Positions 1 to 7,571 of a stretch of DNA of 32,000 nucleotides are shown piece by piece (positions within the stretch are counted from its first letter, which is position 1; each line of letters begins with the position of its first letter). The position numbers were made by a program, and so were the translations under genes. The DNA is taken from the NCBI RefSeq assembly GCF_003367075.2, contig NZ_CP065936.1, positions 1,020,001 to 1,052,000 on the forward strand. Direction: 5' to 3'. Source of the stretch: Cylindrospermopsis raciborskii Cr2010. Lineage in GTDB: Bacteria; Cyanobacteriota; Cyanobacteriia; Cyanobacteriales; Nostocaceae. The notes beneath the pieces are model-generated. The model made no database searches and was not told where the DNA came from. It worked only from the letters and a program-made list of their open reading frames with translations.

Positions 1-15
1 ACTGGGAGAATTCGT

Positions 16-1182
16 TTGGTACAAGAAAGACGGGATCAATTTGGATTTTTAGTTTTTTTACCAGTGGATGATCCACAGTCTAAAGAGAAGATGACATTGC
101 CAATTAGGGGAGTTTTAATAGGTGTGTTTCGGTTGTCAGACGTAGTTGAAGAGTCCCTGAAAAACTTGCGATATAGCATTAACTTTATCATCCAAGATCA
201 GGATGCAAAGTCAGGAGAAAAATTTCTGGGTCAGTATGACGCCACCCGTAAAACAGTTGTCAACCAATCCATACCAGTCACCAGAAATATCTATCACTAT
301 TTTTTATGTTCCGATCCTCAAGTGTGTCAGAAAACTCTCAAAATGGGGCAACGAAAATGGAGGATTGAATTTTATCCATCACCAGATTATCCTGTAGAAC
401 AACCCTACACCACTTTTGCCACTCTTATTATAGGATGTTTAATAACCAGTAGCCTGGTATTTTTCTTATATATTTTAAATCGAGATTTAGAAAAAACTAT
501 AACTTTAAGTGAATTGAGATTTCGTTTTTTTTCCATGGCTTCCCATGAATTAAGAACTCCCTTGAGCACCATTTTATTATCTAGTGAAAGCCTGCAAATT
601 AACTATGATCACCTGACAGAAACACAAAAACAATTTAATATTCAGCGTATTAACCTAACTGCTCGACAAATGAGCAGGCACATTAATGATTTATTACTTT
701 TAAACAGATCCGAATTTCAAGAGTTAGAATTTCAACCTGAGATATTTAATTTAAAAGATTTTTGTCAGAAAATCATAGCAGAAATCCAGTTAACTACCGA
801 TCACCCTATTGAGTTAGAATTTTCTCCTAAATTAACCCAAGTATTCTTAGATAAAAAATTGCTTCGTTCTATTCTAATTAATCTTCTAGATAATGCCATT
901 AAATATTCCCCAAGTGCAATTCCAGTCCAACTGAGAATTACCCGAGAGGAAAAAAAAATTATTTGGCAAATTCAAGACTCTGGTATTGGCATTTCTCCCG
1001 ATGATAAACCTCATATCTATAACCCATTTTATCGAGGTAGTAATGTGGGAGAAATTGGGGGTACTGGATTGGGTCTAGCTATTGTCAGAGCTTGTATACA
1101 AAGACATAAGGGTGAATGGAAAATTGAAAGTGAACTAGGTCAAGGAACAGTGGTTATAGTGAAATTACCAATTTTTGAGTAG
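16..1182 (+). CDS. Sensor histidine kinase with CHASE-like extracellular domain remnant, TM segment, HisKA and HATPase_c; 5' end probably lies outside the window
   Basis: SHELRTPL H-box, NLLDNAIKYSP N-box, DSGIGI and GGTGLGLAI G-boxes; N-terminal 'FLVFLPVDD...RGVLIGVFRLSDVVEESL' resembles the C-terminal half of a CHASE domain; the listed start is TTG at the window edge. Confidence 0.9.
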   Translation: MVQERRDQFGFLVFLPVDDPQSKEKMTLPIRGVLIGVFRLSDVVEESLKNLRYSINFIIQDQDAKSGEKFLGQYDATRKTVVNQSIPVTRNIYHYFLCSDPQVCQKTLKMGQRKWRIEFYPSPDYPVEQPYTTFATLIIGCLITSSLVFFLYILNRDLEKTITLSELRFRFFSMASHELRTPLSTILLSSESLQINYDHLTETQKQFNIQRINLTARQMSRHINDLLLLNRSEFQELEFQPEIFNLKDFCQKIIAEIQLTTDHPIELEFSPKLTQVFLDKKLLRSILINLLDNAIKYSPSAIPVQLRITREEKKIIWQIQDSGIGISPDDKPHIYNPFYRGSNVGEIGGTGLGLAIVRACIQRHKGEWKIESELGQGTVVIVKLPIFE

Positions 1183-1187
1183 ATCAC

Positions 1188-1580
1188 TTATTGATGACAT
1201 AATTGATCATACTTTCGCCATCCACCATAAATAGTAATTTCTTTTTGTCCTGCTACTAAAAAAGGCTCTGCTAACACTCCTAAAACTACTTTTTTATCAT
1301 CCAACTCAATTTTACCCACACACAACCCTGGTGGTTCTTGTATTAAAATATCAGCAATTCCCCCTAAAGGAACTTGCCAAATCTCCACACTAATAGATTT
1401 ACCTCCTTCCACATCACGAAGCATTCCCGGATATTGATCCTTAATTGACCATAGACGATAGCAGGGTGCTGTGAAAGATTCTCGGTCAAAAACCGCACCC
1501 ACGTTCAGCAAATTATTATTTAATTTTAGTCCCCTCATTAGAGTACCATTTACAGCAAATTCAATCATATTACTTACCAC
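1188..1580 (-). CDS. Allophanate hydrolase-related protein (stand-alone AtzF/DUR1 C-terminal-like, gamma-glutamylcyclotransferase fold)
   Basis: FAVNGTLMRGL...TAPCYRLWSI...EIWQVPLGGIADILIQEPPGLCVGKIELDD...VLGVLAEP...GQKEITIYGGWRKY pattern; likely start at internal Met (about 1568). Confidence 0.72.
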   Translation of the reverse strand: MVSNMIEFAVNGTLMRGLKLNNNLLNVGAVFDRESFTAPCYRLWSIKDQYPGMLRDVEGGKSISVEIWQVPLGGIADILIQEPPGLCVGKIELDDKKVVLGVLAEPFLVAGQKEITIYGGWRKYDQLCHQ

Positions 1581-2379
1581 TCCAGTGTATCAGACGCTTT
1601 TCTAGTCCTAAAAATAGCATGTTCAGCAGGTAGCCTAAACTCCCTGTAATTAAAATTGATGCGTACATGTCCCGAACATTTAAAATCTGTTGAGCATCAA
1701 TAATGCGCTTTCCTAATCCTTGTTGACTACCAATAAACATCTCAGAAACAATCACAATCACAAGAGCAATACTAATTCCACTGCGCAGACCAATAAAAGT
1801 TTGTGGTAAACTCTCCAACAATAATACATCCTTGAAAATTTGCCAACGATTTGCTCCCATAACCCTAGCAGCTAAAATTCGAGATTGTTTGGCATGAATT
1901 ACTCCGTAAGCACTATTGAAAACAATTAATAAAAAAGCACTAAATCCAGCAATTACCACCTTAGAAAAATCACTAATGCCAAAAAAGAGAATAAACAAGG
2001 GAATCAATGCACTAGCAGGTGTAGACCTAAAAAACTCAATTAAAAACTCCACACTACGATAGATTTTTTCAGAGCTTCCCAATCCCACACCTAGGGGAAT
2101 GCCAAATAAGGTAGCTAGGAAAAAGGCACTAAATGTTCGTAAAACTGTGGTAGCTAAATCAGAGAACATGGAACCACCAAACAATCCCTCAATCAAGGTT
2201 TGGACTGTTGCTAAAGGAGTTGGTAGCAAAACAGGATTAACAAATCCCGATACAGCAATAAACCACCACAATCCAAAAAACAATAGAACACCAGTTAAAG
2301 GTAAACAACGGTTCAGGATTAAATCCAGGTTTAAAACTTGGTTTGAATTTTTGTTCTTGATGGAAAATGGGAAATTCAT
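1570..2379 (-). CDS. ABC transporter permease (NrtB/SsuC/TauC family); start chosen at the ATG that overlaps the upstream stop by 4 nt (ORF track 1570..2412)
   Basis: Hydrophobic protein with binding-protein-dependent permease motif 'ARVMGANRWQIFKDVLLLESLPQTFIGLRSGISIALVIVIVSEM'; ATGA overlap with the ATPase gene. Confidence 0.88.
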   Translation of the reverse strand: MNFPFSIKNKNSNQVLNLDLILNRCLPLTGVLLFFGLWWFIAVSGFVNPVLLPTPLATVQTLIEGLFGGSMFSDLATTVLRTFSAFFLATLFGIPLGVGLGSSEKIYRSVEFLIEFFRSTPASALIPLFILFFGISDFSKVVIAGFSAFLLIVFNSAYGVIHAKQSRILAARVMGANRWQIFKDVLLLESLPQTFIGLRSGISIALVIVIVSEMFIGSQQGLGKRIIDAQQILNVRDMYASILITGSLGYLLNMLFLGLEKRLIHWSGK

Positions 2380-3176
2380 TTTTGCATTTCCTGACGAAAA
2401 ATATCTAAACAATAACGACTGACTTCTACAAATTTATGAGAAGTTAGAGTTTCAGGTGTGCGAGGTCGAGGAGCATCAAAGGTCACCATTTCAACTACCC
2501 GGGTTGGACGTTTACTTAGTAATAAAATCTTATCAGCCAAAAAGATAGCCTCTTCTAGGTTATGTACAACCATCAACATAGGAATGGTGGTGGCCATAAA
2601 AATCTCTTGCAATTTATCCCGTACAAATAACGTAGTTTCAAAGTCTAAAGCTGAAAAGGGTTCATCTAAAAATAGCACCTCCGGTTGAGCAACTAACGCT
2701 CTGAGAATTGAAACTAACTGCTGCTGTCCACCAGAAAAACTATAGGGATATCGTTTTAGATCTAAGCAAATATTGAAAGTCTCAATTAAATGCTCTACAG
2801 AATGACGACACTCCCGTTCAGAAATACCTTTAACACGAAGTGGATAGGCAATATTATCGTAAGCACTCATCCAGGGAAAAAGAGAGTCTCGGTAATTTTG
2901 AAATACATAGCCAATCCGAGTCCGCTGAATGGGTTTACCATGGATTTTGATTTCACCTTGATCCACCGGAATTAAACCACTCATCATATTGATTAAAGTA
3001 GATTTACCACACCCATTAGGACCAAAAATCGAGACTAATTGATGATTGGCTAGGTTGAGATCAAAGTTTTTGTATACAGGTTGCCCAGCAAAGGACTTAC
3101 ACAACCCTTTGACCGTGATAAATTCTTCCGATTTTGCTGTCTTTGTCTGTAGAAGTGAATCCATGATTATCTTCAA
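2376..3176 (-). CDS. ABC transporter ATP-binding protein (NrtD/SsuB/TauB-like)
   Basis: Walker A GPNGCGKST, signature FSGGQQQ, Walker B VLFLDEPFSALD, H-loop MVVHNLEEA. Confidence 0.93.
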   Translation of the reverse strand: MKIIMDSLLQTKTAKSEEFITVKGLCKSFAGQPVYKNFDLNLANHQLVSIFGPNGCGKSTLINMMSGLIPVDQGEIKIHGKPIQRTRIGYVFQNYRDSLFPWMSAYDNIAYPLRVKGISERECRHSVEHLIETFNICLDLKRYPYSFSGGQQQLVSILRALVAQPEVLFLDEPFSALDFETTLFVRDKLQEIFMATTIPMLMVVHNLEEAIFLADKILLLSKRPTRVVEMVTFDAPRPRTPETLTSHKFVEVSRYCLDIFRQEMQK

Positions 3177-3225
3177 TTATTGCTGAATAATGGCTTTAGC
3201 CAGAATGGGTTGATGGCGTGAATCC

Positions 3226-4230
3226 TTACGAATTTTTATATAACAGATTACTCACATCTACTTTTTTGGAAAAGACTTTTTTATCAGTCATAAAATCGAA
3301 GAATTTTTGGAAGTAGTTAATATCCTCAGCGGTAAATTCATCATACATGGTGTAGGTAATTAGTGGCACTTTTTGTACTAAGTCCCCAGAGATGGCTGTA
3401 TATCCAACTAAGTATTGTCGCACTGCATCCGGTTGGTTTTTAATATCCGCAATAGCTCGACGATAAGCTTGTATATAAGATTGGGTAGACTTGGGATAGG
3501 TTTGCAAAAATTGAGTGCTTAAAACCGCCGCACCACCAAACCAGGGTGCTTTAGGATCTCCTAGGATATATTTCGACACCACACCATTTTCTAAAATTCT
3601 GGTGATACCTTTCATATCCCCAACCGTACCTGTAGGTTCTAAAGTATAAGCAGCATCTATTTGTCCTGATTCAATTGCTGCTACGTGTTGGCGTATCTCT
3701 AACTGTTGGATTTCTGGTTTTTCAACCCCTGCTGCGGCTAAAATAGCTTGAGCAATGGCTAGATTTTGCGCTCCCGGTCCTGTGGCAAACTTTTTATTTT
3801 TTAAATCGGCAACAGATTTAATAGGGCTGTTTTTACCAACCACAACTTGATCTAGTTTATAATCCACATTACTGGGATTAGCTGCAATAATTTTAAACAG
3901 ACCCGGTGAAGTAATTTCAGACAGGCCCAATACACCACTGGCCACTCCATTACCCGTACCCTGTAATCTACTAGCAATTAAAGCCTCAGCTACTTGATTG
4001 GGAGAAGCAAATTGAGCTACTTCCACGTTGAGACCCGCTTCTTTAAAGTAGCCTTTTTTATCCGCTACAAATAAGGGTAACCCAGAAGCTACAGGCCAAA
4101 ACCCAATGGTGATTTTACCAGGATTCTCACTAGTATCCGGGGTGGATTTGGAATTCCCTTGGGTACAACCATGGGTCGCAAGTGCTAAGGTAGCACCACC
4201 ACCCAGATAAAGTAAGTGTCTTCTGCGCAT
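3226..4230 (-). CDS. ABC transporter substrate-binding lipoprotein (NMT1/THI5/SsuA-like)
   Basis: Lipobox-like LATHGC; 'ITIGFWPVASGLPLFVADKKGYFKEAGLNVEVAQFASPNQVAEALIASRLQGTG' typical of this SBP family; first gene of the operon. Confidence 0.88.
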   Translation of the reverse strand: MRRRHLLYLGGGATLALATHGCTQGNSKSTPDTSENPGKITIGFWPVASGLPLFVADKKGYFKEAGLNVEVAQFASPNQVAEALIASRLQGTGNGVASGVLGLSEITSPGLFKIIAANPSNVDYKLDQVVVGKNSPIKSVADLKNKKFATGPGAQNLAIAQAILAAAGVEKPEIQQLEIRQHVAAIESGQIDAAYTLEPTGTVGDMKGITRILENGVVSKYILGDPKAPWFGGAAVLSTQFLQTYPKSTQSYIQAYRRAIADIKNQPDAVRQYLVGYTAISGDLVQKVPLITYTMYDEFTAEDINYFQKFFDFMTDKKVFSKKVDVSNLLYKNS

Positions 4231-4588
4231 TGCTTTTGATTTCTATGATGTGTTGATGAAGTCAATATTACAAGGTTAGGGTAAATATTTAGGGGAGATT
4301 TGGTGGAGAAATCGGGGAAAATGTCATCTTTTGGTAACAACATGGTTATTCCGTATTATTATTTATTCTAAACGTTTAGCACTCCTCCAAGATTTCCCAT
4401 AAGCCAAAGGTGAGATAAAGGATACTTTTGGTTGAGTTGAATTAGTTCCGGTGTTAACTCAAGGCGACGAATATTTGTTTGACCATGCTAGAATCATAAG
4501 CAGTCAGTTTATTTTAATTCTAGATGACCAATCAGTTTTATACGATAAAAGACAAGACCAAATAAATAAAGTTACAAGCGCAATTAAT

Positions 4589-4620
4589 TTGTCAACTTGT
4601 ATAGATTAATAATATATACT
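4589..4620 (+). promoter_or_regulatory. Putative sigma70-type promoter region for the 62aa-ATPase-dnd_assoc_4 operon
   Basis: TTGTCA at 4589-4594 followed by AT-rich TATATA/TATACT at about 4613-4620; 51 nt upstream of the first ATG. Confidence 0.35.
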
Positions 4621-4670
4621 ACACACACAATATTGTGGTATGATCGAAAGGTGAAACCTGGGGGAATATT

Positions 4671-4859
4671 ATGAACAGAGAACTAGAAGCTCAAGAGTCA
4701 AAAATTCAGGATGTACAAGCACCAATTACTGCTGCATCACCGGAAGTAAAACAGATAATAGAAAAAGTGTGTAGATTAGAAAAATCGCGACTGGCCAGAA
4801 AAAGCAAGGGTGCAGTTAATGAAGACATTTTAGCAATAATTAAAGAAGCGGTAAAATAA
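4671..4859 (+). CDS. Small 62-aa hypothetical protein, first gene of the Dnd-associated operon
   Basis: ATG preceded by purine-rich GGGGGAA; 11 nt from the next co-oriented gene. Confidence 0.6.
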   Translation: MNRELEAQESKIQDVQAPITAASPEVKQIIEKVCRLEKSRLARKSKGAVNEDILAIIKEAVK

Positions 4860-4870
4860 GTAGTGTAGCA

Positions 4871-6940
4871 ATGAAACTAACTTCGATTAAATTTTGTAAT
4901 TTTCGTTCCTTTTATGGACAAACACCAGAAATTGCCATAGCAGGTGGAGAGTTTCAGAATACCACCATAATTCATGGTAATAATGGTGCGGGAAAAACCA
5001 GTTTATTAAATGGATTTACCTGGGTGCTATATGAAAAATTTACAGCTGCTTTCGCGGTGACAGAGCAGCTGGTTAATAAACGTGCGATTTCAGAAGTAGG
5101 AGAGGATCAAGCTGTAGAATGTTGGGTAGAAGTAGGTTGGGAACATGAAGGAGTTCGCTACCGGGCAAAACGTAACTGTCGGGTTTATAAAAATCCCACT
5201 AGTATTGATGCTACCAAAACTAAATTAACAATTCAAATTGTGGGGGATGATGGCAAGTGGTATTTTCCCATTGAACAACCGGAGGAAATAATCAATAATA
5301 TATTGCCTGTAAGTTTACATCAATACTTCTTTTTTGATGGAGAAAGAATAGAAGAAATTGTCCGCTCTGATAAAAAAGCTGAAATTGCTGAAGCCACGGA
5401 AATATTTTTAGGTGTTAAGGTAATTGATCTGGCGACAAAACATTTAAAGGAGGCTAAAAAAACTTTAGATAGTGAATTGGCAGCTATTGGAGATGCGGAA
5501 ACTAAACAATTATTAAAACAGCAAAGTAAACTAGAAAAAGAAATTAGTAAAATTTCCCAAAGACAAACGGAAATAGCTGAAGATTTAGAAAGTCAACAAG
5601 TTTTTAAAAAAGATATCAGCGCCAGATTGGTAGAATTAAGTTCAGTTAGGGATTTACAAGAAAGAAGGGAAAGGCTAGAAAATCAAAAACGCAATAATTA
5701 TGATGAATTAAAAAAAACTAAAGAGGGTTTGAAAAAAGCTATTTCCAAACAGGCATACACATTATTATTAAGTGAGACAACAGTTAAATTCAGACAGATT
5801 ATTGTTGCTTTTAAACAGCGCGGGCAATTAAAATCTGGTATTTCCAGAGAATTTGTCAGCGAACTGATGAAAAGTGGTAGGTGTATTTGTGGCGCAGAAT
5901 TAAAAGAAGGAGGGAATGGACATTTTCACGTTAAATCACTGTTGAGAAAAACCGGATCTTCTTCCGTGGAAGAAACTGCAATTAGAATGGGAGCGCAAAT
6001 AGATGATCTGGAAAAACAAGCTCAATTATTTTTAGAGATGATCAATCGAGAACAACAAAGAATCTATCAGTTAAAGACATCACTTTCTGACATAGAGATG
6101 AATTTAGATAGCATTGAGGAGATTTTGCGGAAAGACCCAAATGAAGACATTAGCGGTTTACAAAAGAGATTGGATGAAATAGAAGCAAGAATTGACGATT
6201 TAAATCGGGAGCAAGGAGCAAACCAAAAAGAAATTTCTCACCTCAATACAGAAATTGATATTGTAGTCAAACAAATTGCCAAGCAAAAACAAAATGAAGG
6301 AAGACAGATTTTGGCACAGCGTCGAATTATTGCTACCCAAGATGCTATTGACATATTAACTGAAGTGAAAAATAGACAAGAAAAGCAATTTAGATTGCAA
6401 TTAGAAAAAAGAGTGCAAGAAATATTCTCAGAAATTTCCGTTACACCATATATTCCCAAAATTAGCGAAAAATATGAACTGACCTTAGTAGAGAATACAA
6501 CCGGAATAGAAGCTGCTGTTGCAGCATCTACCGGGGAAAATCAAATTCTGAGTTTATCATTTATCGCCAGTATTATTGATAAAGTAAGGGAATGGAGTGA
6601 AAAGAAAAAAATCATGATGGTTCCCGATAGTAGTACCTTCCCCATAGTAATGGACTCACCCTTTGGCAGTTTAGATGCTAACTCTCGTCGTCATATTGCA
6701 CAAACCATTCCCAAGTTGGCAAATCAGTTAGTAGTGCTGGTGACTAAGACCCAATGGAGAGAGGAAGTTGAGTCCGAGATTATGGAGCGAATTGGTAAGG
6801 AATATGTGTTGACCTATTATTCTTCTAAAACCAACTGTGAAGAGGACTTTTTGCAAATAGGTAGGGAGAAGTATTACCTAACTCGTCAAAGTTCTAATGG
6901 TTTCGAGTACAGTGAAATTGTAGAAGTAGAAAGGAGTTAA
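4871..6940 (+). CDS. SMC/Rad50/DndD-like coiled-coil ATPase associated with the Dnd locus
   Basis: Walker A IHGNNGAGKTSLLNG, FFFDGERIEE motif also seen in DndD (LFLFDGEQVKE), long coiled coil interrupted by GRCICGAEL, C-terminal LSLSFIASI signature and PIVMDSPFGSLDANSR Walker B/D-loop. Confidence 0.88.
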   Translation: MKLTSIKFCNFRSFYGQTPEIAIAGGEFQNTTIIHGNNGAGKTSLLNGFTWVLYEKFTAAFAVTEQLVNKRAISEVGEDQAVECWVEVGWEHEGVRYRAKRNCRVYKNPTSIDATKTKLTIQIVGDDGKWYFPIEQPEEIINNILPVSLHQYFFFDGERIEEIVRSDKKAEIAEATEIFLGVKVIDLATKHLKEAKKTLDSELAAIGDAETKQLLKQQSKLEKEISKISQRQTEIAEDLESQQVFKKDISARLVELSSVRDLQERRERLENQKRNNYDELKKTKEGLKKAISKQAYTLLLSETTVKFRQIIVAFKQRGQLKSGISREFVSELMKSGRCICGAELKEGGNGHFHVKSLLRKTGSSSVEETAIRMGAQIDDLEKQAQLFLEMINREQQRIYQLKTSLSDIEMNLDSIEEILRKDPNEDISGLQKRLDEIEARIDDLNREQGANQKEISHLNTEIDIVVKQIAKQKQNEGRQILAQRRIIATQDAIDILTEVKNRQEKQFRLQLEKRVQEIFSEISVTPYIPKISEKYELTLVENTTGIEAAVAASTGENQILSLSFIASIIDKVREWSEKKKIMMVPDSSTFPIVMDSPFGSLDANSRRHIAQTIPKLANQLVVLVTKTQWREEVESEIMERIGKEYVLTYYSSKTNCEEDFLQIGREKYYLTRQSSNGFEYSEIVEVERS

Positions 6941-6953
6941 TTTTTTTCTGGTT

Positions 6954-7427
6954 ATGGCTGAAACTAGTAGAATTAGAATTGCTGGGGATAAAGCCGATTT
7001 TGTCAAGGCTTTGGTTGCTAATGATGGGGCCCAGGGTCCCTTTCAGACCTTTGCTGATGTGATTGCTTTTGCTGCTGCTTTAGGTATTAAATATCAGAAG
7101 CGTATTCCATTTGAAGAAATCTCTAAAAGGGATCCTTCTCCCATCAGATTAGAGGTTTTTGCAACATCAGGATATGATGTGTTGATCAAATTACTGGCAA
7201 TTGTAGAAACGGAGAACATTCAACTTTTATCACCTAATAATGACGAAGAAGAAAAACAACGTAATCAAATTTTTGAAGAATATGCTAATGGAGGGTTAGA
7301 GATTTTAGAGACTCAAATCAGAGGATCCGTCGATTATACGGAGAGAATTCTATTGTTTTTACAGCGTGAACATCAAACAATTGATGGGGAAGATGGAGAA
7401 TTTGATCTCTCTAGATTTTTATCCTAG
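6954..7427 (+). CDS. DNA phosphorothioation-associated protein 4-like (dnd_assoc_4 family)
   Basis: 'DKADFVKALVANDGAQGPFQTFADVIAFAAALGIKYQKRIPFEEI...EVFATSGYD...EEYANGGLEILE' pattern; 13 nt after the ATPase gene; adjacent to dndBCDE. Confidence 0.75.
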   Translation: MAETSRIRIAGDKADFVKALVANDGAQGPFQTFADVIAFAAALGIKYQKRIPFEEISKRDPSPIRLEVFATSGYDVLIKLLAIVETENIQLLSPNNDEEEKQRNQIFEEYANGGLEILETQIRGSVDYTERILLFLQREHQTIDGEDGEFDLSRFLS

Positions 7428-7445
7428 TCTCCCCCATTTGTAATC

Positions 7446-7515
7446 TAAGTGGGTGATTGGAATTAAATATAAGATGAACGTAGAACGTAGGTTGGGTTGA
7501 AGTATGAAACCCAAC
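7446..7515. repeat. Dispersed intergenic repeat, copy A (contains inverted repeat GTTGGGTT-N9-AACCCAAC at 7491-7515)
   Basis: TAAGTGGGTG...TTAAATATAAGATGAACGTAG(AACGTAG)GTTGGGTTGAAGTATGAAACCCAAC, closely matching the reverse complement of 31878-31940. Confidence 0.85.
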
Positions 7516-7521
7516 ACCCCC

Positions 7522-7546
7522 ATGGGTTACCCTACCGCTAACCCAT
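7522..7546. repeat. Second short inverted repeat ATGGGTTA-N9-TAACCCAT between convergent genes
   Basis: Perfect 8-bp arms, 9-nt loop, directly beside copy A of the dispersed repeat. Confidence 0.8.
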
Positions 7547-7571
7547 CCTACAAATAATTACGCCTCCCTAC

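Noticed and set aside
203-397. 64-aa plus-strand ORF inside the histidine kinase
   Set aside because: Out-of-frame shadow ORF fully inside a well-supported CDS.
2099-2975. Three ORFs of 61-107 aa antisense to the ABC permease/ATPase genes
   Set aside because: They are shadow frames of confidently identified coding genes and show no recognisable protein pattern.
1188-4230. The ABC operon as a second nitrate transporter controlled by NtcA
   Set aside because: No GTAN8TAC box with correct spacing was found in the upstream region 4231-4400 and the SBP is not NrtA-like enough to assign nitrate.
6238-6459. 73-aa ORF antisense to the SMC-like ATPase
   Set aside because: Low-complexity shadow frame opposite coiled-coil codons.
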